A stretch of 64,000 nucleotides of DNA from contig CAVPSJ010000013.1 of the NCBI GenBank assembly GCA_963708295.1, positions 192,001-256,000 on the forward strand. Reading direction: 5' to 3'. Source of the DNA: an uncultured delta proteobacterium (lineage in GTDB: Bacteria > Desulfobacterota > BSN033 > UBA1163). The notes beneath the pieces are model-generated. The model was not told where the DNA came from. It was given only the letters and a program-made list of their open reading frames with translations, and made no database searches. Below, piece by piece: positions 19,305-28,380 of this stretch (its first letter is position 1; each line of letters starts with the position of its first letter). Made by a program: the position numbers and the translations under genes.

Positions 19305-19781
19305 ATGAACATGAACATTTTGGCCGGAGACATTTCTCCTCTAGTTTTTCAGCTTTCGGTTATGAACGAGCCGGGCGAACTTAGTCTCGACAAAGACATG
19401 CTATCCGTTATCCGAGAGCTAGACGGTAAGAAGACGATCGGTACGATTGCCAAAACTATAGGTTTAGAATTGGACAAAGTTAGAGACATCTTAGCAAAGC
19501 TGTTGACACACGGAATTATCGCACTGGTTCCCCGGTCAATGCCGATGATGAAAGAGGATTTTTTTGTCTATCTCGCAGAACAACTGTCTATGGCGACTGG
19601 TCCCATGGCCGAAGTTTTAATCGACGAAGCAGTCGCAAGTCTAGATTGCAGCGTATCCAATTTCCCTAGAAATCGAGTGCAAGAGCTTATTGACCTTCTC
19701 GCCCCTAAGATTTTCAGAGAAGAAAAGAGAGCTGTCTTTAAAGAGAACTTGATTAAGAAAATTTTAAGTAGGGAGGTTTAG
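19305..19781 (+). CDS. Hypothetical protein with an HTH-like N-terminal half
   Basis: LDGKKTIGTIAKTIGLELDKVRDILAKLLTHGII (winged-HTH-like); C-terminal GPMAEVLIDEAV helical domain; GAGG RBS. Confidence 0.7.
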   Translation: MNMNILAGDISPLVFQLSVMNEPGELSLDKDMLSVIRELDGKKTIGTIAKTIGLELDKVRDILAKLLTHGIIALVPRSMPMMKEDFFVYLAEQLSMATGPMAEVLIDEAVASLDCSVSNFPRNRVQELIDLLAPKIFREEKRAVFKENLIKKILSREV

Positions 19782-19783
19782 TC

Positions 19784-20959
19784 ATGAGTTTCTCCGAATC
19801 GAAGGAAAACAAGATGGTTGATAAGAGACAAGCTCCTCCTTCTGCAAGGGATAAAGTTGTACAGAAGAAGGCGACTTCTAAACCACCTTCACCCACAAAG
19901 GTCAAGTTTGGGCTGACGGCAAAAGTGATTACCCTTATGCTCGTTGTCAGTTTAGTACCGCTGGGCATTTTTGCAGCGATCACCTTGAGACAAACTGATC
20001 AACGTATACGAAATGATACGGAGAAACTAATGGCCCTCACCGCCTCAGATATCGTGGCCAACGTCGACGAATGGACCGATAAGAATGTCAGGATTCTGAG
20101 AGCTCTTGCCCAGATGCCTGATATGATTTCCATGATCAGGGAAAGGCAAGAGCCATTGCTCAAGGCGGTCGCAAAAGAGTATCCCTGGATGTATCTTGTC
20201 TTTACTGTCGGGCCGGATGGGATGAATGTCGCACGAAATGACGACAACCCTCTTTTAGATTACTCTGACAGAGAGTATTACAAGGAGGCGATCGGGGGAA
20301 AAGATCTAGCTTGGCAGACGCTGATTGGGAAAACCTCGAAGAAACCTGCCCTGATCCTAGCCGTGCCTATTAAGAGAGCGGATAGCGCCGTCGGTGTCAT
20401 GGCCATGGCTGCAACCATAGAAGATCTTTCAAAACTGGTGGCCACGTGGAAACAAGGAGAGACAGGGTTTGCTTTTCTGGTGGATGACAAAGGCAAAGTA
20501 GTCTCACACCAGGTGGAGGATTATGTCGTCCAACAAGCAAACCTGAGTGGATATCCATTGATCACCGCCTTTAAAAAGGGGCAAAAGGGAATGATCTACT
20601 TTGATGATCGTGGCACGATGAAAGTAGGTTATGCGAAAGATACAAAATACGGCTGGACTCTTGGCATGCAACAAGACATGAGAGAGACGTTTAGAGTCTT
20701 AAGGGTGACCAAAGGCTTCACCTACGCTCTTCTAGGGGTAACTGCTTTAGCGGTGGTCATTATTGCATGGTTCTTGGGTAGGGCGATCGGCAGTCCGATC
20801 AGAAAATTGACCGAAGTTGCTGAAAGGATTAGCGTTGGAGACATGGGTGCCGAAATAAAGATTAGATCCAGGGATGAAATAGGGAACTTAGCCGAAGCAA
20901 TATTGCGTATGCAAGATAGCTTGCGCCTTGCCATAGAGAGACTCCGCCGTCGGCAATAG
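19784..20959 (+). CDS. Membrane sensor with dCache and HAMP domains, no output domain
   Basis: TM1, dCache motif YSDREYYKEA...GKTSKKPALILAVPI, TM2, HAMP PIRKLTEVAERISVGD...RDEIGNLAEAI, then stop. Confidence 0.85.
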   Translation: MSFSESKENKMVDKRQAPPSARDKVVQKKATSKPPSPTKVKFGLTAKVITLMLVVSLVPLGIFAAITLRQTDQRIRNDTEKLMALTASDIVANVDEWTDKNVRILRALAQMPDMISMIRERQEPLLKAVAKEYPWMYLVFTVGPDGMNVARNDDNPLLDYSDREYYKEAIGGKDLAWQTLIGKTSKKPALILAVPIKRADSAVGVMAMAATIEDLSKLVATWKQGETGFAFLVDDKGKVVSHQVEDYVVQQANLSGYPLITAFKKGQKGMIYFDDRGTMKVGYAKDTKYGWTLGMQQDMRETFRVLRVTKGFTYALLGVTALAVVIIAWFLGRAIGSPIRKLTEVAERISVGDMGAEIKIRSRDEIGNLAEAILRMQDSLRLAIERLRRRQ

Positions 20960-21094
20960 AATCGATACGCATTCAGACGGTTTCATCGGACCAATCGTCA
21001 CTTTCAGACTGCTGAGTTTAACAGAAACGTGCCCCGCAAGCCGTACCTGTGGGCGGGGAGATTGACGCCGTTCCGAGCCCCTTACTCCTGGAGC

Positions 21095-23923
21095 CTAAAC
21101 GGATGGGATCCCAAAAACGTCGGGGTCGTATTTTTCGAAGGGTATTTTCTCCTTCTCTTTCAATTTGGCGTGGGCGGCCGCCAGGCGCGCAATCGGGAGG
21201 CGTGGGACAGAACAGCTGACATAGGAAAGTCCGATGCTGTGACTGAATTCGACCGATTCCGGATGGCCGCCGTGTTCTCCACAAATCCCAATTTTCAGAT
21301 CTGGCTTCGTCCTCCTTCCCCACTCAATAGCGATCATCATTAATCTTCCCACGCCTTTCACATCTAATACCTCAAAGGGATTGTCCTGAAGAATCTTCCG
21401 TTGATTGTAAAGGGGCAGGAATTTGTTCTCCGCATCCTCTCTGGAGAAGGAGAAGGTCGCTTGAGTGAGATCGTTGGTTCCGAACGAGAAGAAATCCGCC
21501 ACCTCAGCCAATCTTCCAGCCCTCATGCAGGCTCTCACCACTTCGATCATCGTCCCGAATTTGAAGGGGATCCGGATTCGATATCGTTTCTCCACCTCCT
21601 TCTGAACCTTCAAAACGAGTTGCCAAACCCATTTTAATTCCTGTGCGGTGCAGACTTGGGGGACCATGATTTCAGGTTGAATGTCGAGCCCCTCTTTGAT
21701 CAACTCGGCGGCTGCCTCAAGGATGGCCTGGATTTGCATCCGATAGATTTCGGGATAGGTGATTCCCAGCCTCACTCCCCGATGACCCAGCATGGGGTTG
21801 ACCTCCATCATTTCTTTTACTTTCCTGAGAGTGTCGTGCTGCTTCCGGATGAGTTTTCGATCAAGCCTCTTCTCTTTAATCTCGATTATATCCGTGACCA
21901 CATGGTCGAGGAGTCCGAGGGATTCTCGGAAAGCGGGCTCCAGAAACTTCATCGAATCCGAGATGTTTTCCATGGTGGAGAAGGCGCCTTCGACCTCCTT
22001 CAGCTTTCGCAACTCGTCGCTCAGTTCTTCAGCGGACGGGAGAAATTCGTGAAGCGGGGGGTCGAGGAGACGGATGGTTACCGGTCGTCCTGCCATGGCC
22101 CTGAAGATCTCCTTGAAGTCGCTGCGCTGCATGGGAAGGAGTTCCGCAATCGCCGCTGCCCTTTTCTCCTTCGAGCCCGCCAGGATCATCTCCCGGACAA
22201 CGGGGAGCCGATCCGCCGCGTTGAACATTCTCTCTGTTCTGCAAAGGCCGATCCCTTCTGCCCCCAACTGCCTTGCTCTGATCGCCGACTCAGAGGTATC
22301 GGCATTGGCGCGAACGCCCAGAGTTCTTATCTCATCGGCCCAGTTGAGGAGCGTGAGGAGGTCTTTGCTGATTTCAGGGTCTACGGTAGGAATCTCGCCA
22401 AGATAAATTTCACCCCTGGAGCCATCGATCGTAATGGAGTCTCCTTCTTTGATGGTGACATTTTTGATAGTCGCCTCCCTCCCTTTTGGATCGATTCGGA
22501 GTTCCTCGCATCCTGAGACACAGGCCTTCCCCATCCCTCTTGCCACAACGGCTGCATGGGAGGTCTTTCCTCCACGGGTGGTCAAAATTCCTTGAGAGGC
22601 AAAGAAACCATGAATATCTTCGGGTTTGGTCTCCTCTCGAACCAAAATCACCTTTTGGCCGAGCTTTCCTACCCGTTCGGCCTCATCGGCATCGAAGATC
22701 GCCTTTCCGGAGGCGGCTCCCGGGGAGGCGGCAAGGCCGACGGCAATTGGTTTTCCCTTAAAGTTGGGGTCGATCCGCTTGTGGAGGAGCTGCTCCAGTT
22801 CCTGAGGCTTCAACCTCAAAACAGCCTTTTCCCTGTTAATCAGTTTTTCAGAGACCATCTCTTTAGAAGTTCGAACGATTGCCTGCGCATTCATCTTCCC
22901 ATTCCGGGTCTGAAGGATGTAGAGCGTTCCCTTCTCCACGGTGAATTCGAAGTCTTGAACCTCATGGAAATGTTCTTCGAGGTTCTTTCTCACCTGCTCC
23001 AGTTCTCGGTAGGTTTTTGGCATTTCCTTCTTCATTGCCTGAATGGATTTGGGCGTGCGGATCCCGGCAACGACATCTTCCCCCTGAGCATTCACAAGAT
23101 ACTCACCGTAGAGTATATTCTCTCCTGTTCCCGGGTCTCGCGTAAAGGCAACCCCGGTCGCCGAGTCGAAACCCATATTTCCAAACACCATGGTGCACAC
23201 ATTGACGGCGGTTCCGTCCGCCATTTCAGGGGTGATGTTGAATTCCTTTCGATAATCGACGGCCCTCTTCCCCATCCAGGATCTGAAAACCGCCTCAATG
23301 GCGAGTCTGAGTTGAACCATCGGGTCCTGAGGAAAAGGAGATCCTGTCCTTTTTTTGATCAATCTCAGATATTGTCGGCAAATATCCTTGAGGTGATCCC
23401 CGTCTAAATCCGTGTCCTCCTTCGCCCCTACCTTTTCTTTCGTTTGGTTAAGGATCTGGTCAAACTCTGTTTCTCCCACCCCCAGGGCGATCTTTCCGAA
23501 GAGTTGGATAAACCTTCGATAAGCATCGTAGGCGAATCTTCCATCCGAGGTGATTTTGATCAGCCCCTCAAGGGTCTTATCATTTAAGCCGAGATTGAGA
23601 ATGGTGTCCATCATCCCGGGCATGGAGATCGCGGCGCCAGACCGGACGGAGAAAAAGAGGGGATTTTGGGCGCTTCCAAATTTCTCGCCCGTTTTTTCCT
23701 CCACCGTTTTCAGGTTTACCTCGACCTCTTCCATGAGTCCTTTAGGAAGTTTCTTCTTATTACGGTAATACTCAAGACAGGCCTCGGTGGTGACGACAAA
23801 TCCGGGCGGGACAGGGAGACCCATACGGGTCATCTCGGCCAGACCTGCCCCTTTTCCTCCTAAGAGCTTCTTATGGGTTCCTTCGGCTTCCTCAAAAAGG
23901 TAGACATATTTCGGATTGCTCAT
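21095..23923 (-). CDS. ppdK: Pyruvate, phosphate dikinase
   Basis: LLGGKGAGLAEM, SVRSGAAISMPGMMDTILNLGL, NAQGEDVVAGIRTP, GGKTSHAAVVAR, FSFGTNDLTQ, GICGEHGG. Start at ATG 23923. Confidence 0.96.
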   Translation of the reverse strand: MSNPKYVYLFEEAEGTHKKLLGGKGAGLAEMTRMGLPVPPGFVVTTEACLEYYRNKKKLPKGLMEEVEVNLKTVEEKTGEKFGSAQNPLFFSVRSGAAISMPGMMDTILNLGLNDKTLEGLIKITSDGRFAYDAYRRFIQLFGKIALGVGETEFDQILNQTKEKVGAKEDTDLDGDHLKDICRQYLRLIKKRTGSPFPQDPMVQLRLAIEAVFRSWMGKRAVDYRKEFNITPEMADGTAVNVCTMVFGNMGFDSATGVAFTRDPGTGENILYGEYLVNAQGEDVVAGIRTPKSIQAMKKEMPKTYRELEQVRKNLEEHFHEVQDFEFTVEKGTLYILQTRNGKMNAQAIVRTSKEMVSEKLINREKAVLRLKPQELEQLLHKRIDPNFKGKPIAVGLAASPGAASGKAIFDADEAERVGKLGQKVILVREETKPEDIHGFFASQGILTTRGGKTSHAAVVARGMGKACVSGCEELRIDPKGREATIKNVTIKEGDSITIDGSRGEIYLGEIPTVDPEISKDLLTLLNWADEIRTLGVRANADTSESAIRARQLGAEGIGLCRTERMFNAADRLPVVREMILAGSKEKRAAAIAELLPMQRSDFKEIFRAMAGRPVTIRLLDPPLHEFLPSAEELSDELRKLKEVEGAFSTMENISDSMKFLEPAFRESLGLLDHVVTDIIEIKEKRLDRKLIRKQHDTLRKVKEMMEVNPMLGHRGVRLGITYPEIYRMQIQAILEAAAELIKEGLDIQPEIMVPQVCTAQELKWVWQLVLKVQKEVEKRYRIRIPFKFGTMIEVVRACMRAGRLAEVADFFSFGTNDLTQATFSFSREDAENKFLPLYNQRKILQDNPFEVLDVKGVGRLMMIAIEWGRRTKPDLKIGICGEHGGHPESVEFSHSIGLSYVSCSVPRLPIARLAAAHAKLKEKEKIPFEKYDPDVFGIPSV

Positions 23924-24103
23924 GAATTTCACTTCCTTCTCTAAGATAGTATCTATACTACTGGTAATTTGAACAAAAATCAATTCCTCTTCTGCAAGCA
24001 AACTAATGAGCCAAGTAAAAATCGGAAGGGGACAGGTCTGCTACCACTTGCTCAGGCCTCGGCGGAGAGAAGTAAAAACTGAGGGAGCAAGCTGCTACCA
24101 TGC

Positions 24104-24132
24104 TTGACAAGGGAGTTCGGTTCGGATAAATT
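24104..24132 (+). promoter_or_regulatory. Putative sigma-70 promoter for ppsA
   Basis: TTGACA-17 nt-TAAATT. Confidence 0.5.
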
Positions 24133-24202
24133 TAAATGTAATATATCCAAAAGCCGCACCAACAAATAACACTAGAAAATAGAGGCTCCCAGGGAGGGAA
24201 TT

Positions 24203-26662
24203 ATGGGGGAAAAACCTTACATCCGTTGGTTTGATGAAATTGGACTGGACGATCTTCCCCTTGTCGGAGGAAAGAATGCTTCTTTGGGGGAGATGCGAAG
24301 AGAACTGGCCAAACAAGGGGTGAACGTCCCGAATGGATTTGCTGTTACCGTCAACGCCTACCATGCGCTCCTCGAAGAAGGGATTGTTCAGGACTGGCAG
24401 GAAGGCAAGGGCAAACCAAAGATCAAGGAAAGTATTCGAGACATACTCTCCGGTCTCGATGTCGAAAATGTGGAAGACCTTTCAGAGAGGGGAAGCCGGG
24501 TTCGGAGACTCATCTATAGCCTGGAGTTTCCCCGGGAGATCGTCGAAGAGATTGTAAAGGCCTACCGGAAATTATGTAAGGAGTATGGAGAGGACACGGA
24601 TGTTGCGGTCCGGAGCAGCGCAACAGCCGAAGACCTTCCTGGCGCGAGCTTTGCCGGCCAGCAGGAGACCTATCTGAATATCCGCGGGGAGTACGCCCTG
24701 GTTCAGGCCTGCAAACGATGTTTTGCTTCCCTTTTTACCAACCGTGCCATTTCTTACAGGACCCACCGGGGGTTTGATCACCTTCAGGTCGCTCTTTCCA
24801 TCGGGGTTCAGAAGATGGTGAGGTCGGACAAGGCCTGTTCTGGTGTCATGTTCACGATCGATACGGAATCCGGGTTTCCGGACGTGGTCTATATCACAGG
24901 GGCCTATGGATTAGGGGAGAATATCGTTCAGGGAGTGATCAATCCCGACGAATTCTATGTATTTAAACCCTGCATTCAAGGGAATTATAAGCCCATCATC
25001 CAGAAAACCCTCGGAAGCAAAGAGATCAAGATGATCTACACGCTGGAGGGAGAGGGTTCAACCAAAAATGTTCCCGTCTCCGCACAAGAGAGGGCGAATT
25101 TTATCCTGAACGACGAAGAGGTCATTCAGCTTGCACAATGGGGTATAAAGATTGAAGAACACTATTCAAAACAAGCGGGAGTTTACAGGCCGATGGATAT
25201 TGAGTGGGCAAAGGATGGCATTACCCAGGGGCTCTTTATCCTTCAAGCACGGCCCGAGACGGTAAAATCCCAGCGAGCCATGAATATTCTGGAGACCTAT
25301 TCGTTAAAAGAGAAGGGGAGTATTTTGGCCCAGGGGAAGAGCGTGGGCGAAAAGATTGGCGCCGGCCCCATCAATGTCATCACGAGTGCGAAAGAGATAG
25401 AGAGGTTTAAGAGGGGCGAGGTATTGGTCACCCAGATGACCGACCCGGATTGGGAACCCATCATGAAAATTGCCGCGGGCATTGTGACCGACCGGGGAGG
25501 AAGGACTTGTCATGCGGCCATCATCAGCCGGGAGCTGGGCGTTCCCTGCGTGGTGGGGACAGGGAATGGAAGTGAAATCCTGAAGGACTATCAAAGTGCC
25601 ACCGTGTGTTGTGCAGAAGGGGAGACGGGGTTGGTTTTCGAAGGGATCCTCGATTATGAGGTAAGACACTTCGACATGGCGCATCTGGAGAAGCCCCAAA
25701 CAAAGATCATGATGAATGTGGGAAACCCGGACAACGCCTTCCAGCTCTCCTTCATCCCCAGTGACGGGGTAGGTCTGGCTAGACTTGAATTCATCATCAA
25801 TAATTCTATACGAATCCACCCCATGGCGCTTGTCCGATTTGATTCCTTGATCGATCACCATGCTCGAAAGGAGATTGAACAGCTAACCATCGGGTACGAC
25901 GATAAGAAGGTCTTCTTTGTCGATCGGTTGGCCCAAGGGGTGGCCAAGATTGCGGCTGCCTTTTATCCCAAGGATGTCATTGTAAGAATGAGTGATTTTA
26001 AAAGCAATGAGTATGCCAACCTCATCGGAGGAAGCGAGTTCGAACCTGTTGAAGACAACCCCATGATTGGCTTCCGGGGAGCCTCCCGCTATTATGACGA
26101 GTCTTATCAGGAAGGATTTGCCCTTGAATGCAAGGCGATGATGAAGGTTCGTGACGAGATGGGTTTGGCCAATGTGAAGTTGATGATTCCCTTCTGCCGA
26201 ACGGTGGAAGAGGGGAGATTGGTCGTGGCCGAGATGAGGAAGCATGGCCTCGTCCAGGGGAAAAACGGTCTCGAACTCTATATGATGTGCGAGGTTCCCA
26301 GCAATGTGATCATGGCCGATGAATTCGCTGAGATTTTTGATGGTTTCTCCATCGGATCGAACGATTTGACCCAGCTGGTGTTGGGATTGGACCGTGATTC
26401 AGAGAAAGTTTCTCATATCTTCGATGAGCGGGATCCGGCCGTGAAAAAAATGGTTCAATTATTGATTGAAAGGGCCAAGAAGAATGGAAGGAAGATTGGC
26501 ATCTGCGGTCAGGCTCCCAGCGACTATCCGGAATTCGCCGAGTTTCTCGTCCGCTGTGGCATCGATAGCATCTCTCTCAATCCGGATACGGTGATCAAGG
26601 CGACCGATAGGATCTTGCAGGTTGAGAAAGAACTGGGGATTCCCCGAAGGAAAGATTCTTAG
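24203..26662 (+). CDS. ppsA: Phosphoenolpyruvate synthase (pyruvate, water dikinase)
   Basis: VGGKNASLGEM, AVRSSATAEDLPGASFAGQQETYLN, RGGRTCHAAII, GFSIGSNDLTQL, ICGQAPSD. Confidence 0.97.
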   Translation: MGEKPYIRWFDEIGLDDLPLVGGKNASLGEMRRELAKQGVNVPNGFAVTVNAYHALLEEGIVQDWQEGKGKPKIKESIRDILSGLDVENVEDLSERGSRVRRLIYSLEFPREIVEEIVKAYRKLCKEYGEDTDVAVRSSATAEDLPGASFAGQQETYLNIRGEYALVQACKRCFASLFTNRAISYRTHRGFDHLQVALSIGVQKMVRSDKACSGVMFTIDTESGFPDVVYITGAYGLGENIVQGVINPDEFYVFKPCIQGNYKPIIQKTLGSKEIKMIYTLEGEGSTKNVPVSAQERANFILNDEEVIQLAQWGIKIEEHYSKQAGVYRPMDIEWAKDGITQGLFILQARPETVKSQRAMNILETYSLKEKGSILAQGKSVGEKIGAGPINVITSAKEIERFKRGEVLVTQMTDPDWEPIMKIAAGIVTDRGGRTCHAAIISRELGVPCVVGTGNGSEILKDYQSATVCCAEGETGLVFEGILDYEVRHFDMAHLEKPQTKIMMNVGNPDNAFQLSFIPSDGVGLARLEFIINNSIRIHPMALVRFDSLIDHHARKEIEQLTIGYDDKKVFFVDRLAQGVAKIAAAFYPKDVIVRMSDFKSNEYANLIGGSEFEPVEDNPMIGFRGASRYYDESYQEGFALECKAMMKVRDEMGLANVKLMIPFCRTVEEGRLVVAEMRKHGLVQGKNGLELYMMCEVPSNVIMADEFAEIFDGFSIGSNDLTQLVLGLDRDSEKVSHIFDERDPAVKKMVQLLIERAKKNGRKIGICGQAPSDYPEFAEFLVRCGIDSISLNPDTVIKATDRILQVEKELGIPRRKDS

Positions 26663-26691
26663 AAGTAGGCCTGATAGATAAGTTAGGTTTT

Positions 26692-26815
26692 GAATCCTAA
26701 ATTCCAAATGACAAATTTCGGAAGATGCCCAATATCAAATTCAAAGTCTCAATGCCAAAGGTTTGAGTTTGGGTTTTGGCATTCCTTTGATATTTGGGCT
26801 TTGACATTTGGACTT
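26692..26815. repeat. 7-nt-period degenerate inverted-repeat element (empty form)
   Basis: A-rich arm AATCCTAAATTCCAAATGACAAAT...TCAATGCCAAA and T-rich arm TTTGGCATTCCTTTGATATTTGGGCTTTGACATTTGGACTT. Confidence 0.8.
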
Positions 26816-26829
26816 ACACTTTCCAGCAA

Positions 26830-27355
26830 GTGAAAATCCTTCTCCATATCTGTTGTGCCAACTGTGCGATCTATCCCTCTTGAGCAAATGAGAGAAAAAG
26901 GGGAAGAAGTCGTCGGATACTTCTTCAACCCCAACATCCATCCCTACCAGGAATACCAGAAAAGACTCGACGCCTTGAGACAATACTCCGAAAAAGTCGG
27001 GCTGGAGGTGATCTACCGGGATGAATATCTTCTTGAAGAGTTTTTGAGAAATGTCTCCCATCGAGTAAAGGAAAGGTGTCAGTTTTGCTATTCATTCCGT
27101 CTCGAAGCCACTGCTCGCGAGGCGAAGGGAAGGGCTTTCGATGCTTTTTCAACCACCCTTCTCCAGAGCACCCACCAGAATCATGCTCGCATCAAGGAAA
27201 CCGGGGAGCGCATCGCGCAAGAGGTAGGGATTCCATTTTATTATGAAGATTTTCGGCCGGGGTGGAAAAGAGGAGTGGAGGTATCCAAATCGATGGGGTT
27301 GTACCGCCAGCAGTACTGCGGCTGCATCTACAGCGAAAAGGAAAGGTTTTCCAAA
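26830..27355 (+). CDS. queH: Epoxyqueuosine reductase QueH (+1 frameshift near 26877; no stop, reads into the four-helix-bundle domain)
   Basis: GTG 26830 gives MKILLHICCANCAIYP; a +1 shift continues LEQ..YFFNPNIHPYQEY...RCQFCYSFRL...FSTTLL...LYRQQYCGCIYS. Confidence 0.88.
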
Positions 27356-27906
27356 GCAAACAAAATTTCAAATGACAAAGTTCAAAGGTCAAATGAAGCT
27401 CAAAGGTCAAATGAAATCCAAAATCCAATTAGGAAAATATATGACTTAGAGGAGAGGACTGGCAGGTTTGGAGAAATGATCATTGAGTTTCTGAAAACTC
27501 TTGAGAGGAATGAAATCAACCGTCCACTTATTGGCCAATTAATAGATGCGTCTACAAGTATCGGCGCGAATTACATGGAGGCGGATGGCGCGGAGTCCAA
27601 GAAAGACTTCAAACATAAGATCGCGATTTGTAAGAAAGAGGCAAAAGAAACGAAACACTGGCTGAGGATGATTCGAAAGGGCAATCCCGGCAAGGCAGTA
27701 GAATGCCATAAACTCTGGCAAGAGGCTCACGAACTGACACTTATCTTTTCTTCGATCTTTCTGGGGAAGAAGAATTAGATTCCTCATATATTGTCATTCA
27801 AGATTTGACACTGATTTGGTATTCGAACGTTGACATTTGAAACTGATTGTGAACTTCGTTAGTTGTTTGGCATTCCTTTGAACTTTGGTTTTTGACATTT
27901 GAACTT
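27356..27906. mobile_element. Four-helix-bundle gene cassette flanked by 7-nt-period inverted-repeat arms
   Basis: Left arm AATTTCAAATGACAAAGTTCAAAGGTCAAATGAAGCTCAAAGGTCAAATGAAATCCAAAATCCAA; right arm ...TTTGACA...TTGACATTTGAA...TTTGGCATTCCTTTGAACTTTGGTTTTTGACATTTGAACTT. Mobility is inferred. Confidence 0.6.
27404..27778 (+). CDS. Four helix bundle protein (23S rRNA IVP / Avd-like family), in frame with queH
   Basis: YDLEERTGRFG...QLIDASTSIGANYMEADGAESKKDFKHKIAICKKEAKETKHWLRMI...EAHELTLIFSSI, matching the SIGANxxEA and KEAxETxxWL signatures. Confidence 0.88.
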   Translation, partial: RSNEIQNPIRKIYDLEERTGRFGEMIIEFLKTLERNEINRPLIGQLIDASTSIGANYMEADGAESKKDFKHKIAICKKEAKETKHWLRMIRKGNPGKAVECHKLWQEAHELTLIFSSIFLGKKN

Positions 27907-27921
27907 GTATTGAGGGTTTTA

Positions 27922-28143
27922 ATGACCGGACTGGGTCCATTAGGTAAGATGCTCATCCTGCTGGGGGTTTTTATCATCCTCATCGGGGTCCTCCTGGTGG
28001 TCGGGGAGAAAATTCCGTGGATCGGGAGACTTCCCGGAGATATCATCATCAGAAAGAAGAACTTCACATTTTACTTTCCCATTGTTACCTCGATCCTGAT
28101 CAGTATCCTCCTGACCCTGTTGTTTACGCTGTTTCGAAAATAA
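27922..28143 (+). CDS. DUF2905-family small membrane protein
   Basis: GKMLILLGV...WIGRLPGDIIIRKKNFTFYFPIVTSILISILLTL. Confidence 0.88.
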   Translation: MTGLGPLGKMLILLGVFIILIGVLLVVGEKIPWIGRLPGDIIIRKKNFTFYFPIVTSILISILLTLLFTLFRK

Positions 28144-28159
28144 TCATTTCAAAAAAAGG

Positions 28160-28188
28160 TTGACAAATAATTTCTGTCGCTGTATTCC
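28160..28188 (+). promoter_or_regulatory. Putative sigma-70 promoter with no downstream ORF
   Basis: TTGACA-17 nt-TATTCC. Confidence 0.45.
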
Positions 28189-28194
28189 CAAACC

Positions 28195-28376
28195 GGAAGA
28201 TCGATGACCCTGATCCTATTGAGTTGAAGGGTGGAATTAATTTGTTTGCGTTTGTCGATAGTGTCGGAATGCCCTATTGGGGTACGAAACCATACAATTA
28301 TGCCGCGACGTCCAATAGAGAAAGCAGCAGGAGATAAGAGCAAGAGGGGTTATTCTTAAATCCCCTTGTTGCTTTA
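28195..28376 (+). ncRNA. Candidate ~180-nt structured small RNA
   Basis: Lies between a promoter-like and a terminator-like site; long-range pairings CTATTG/CAATAG, GTGG/CCGC and TAATTTGT/ACAATTA, with two small apical hairpins. No family recognised. Confidence 0.4.
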
Positions 28377-28378
28377 TT
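28339..28378 (+). terminator. Rho-independent terminator-like hairpin
   Basis: AGCAAGAGGGG-TTATTCTTAAAT-CCCCTTGTTGCT followed by TTATT. Confidence 0.55.
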
Positions 28379-28380
28379 AA

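Noticed and set aside
27404-27778. Diversity-generating retroelement suggested by the Avd-like protein
   Set aside because: No reverse transcriptase and no TR/VR pair with adenine-specific mismatches is visible in the window.
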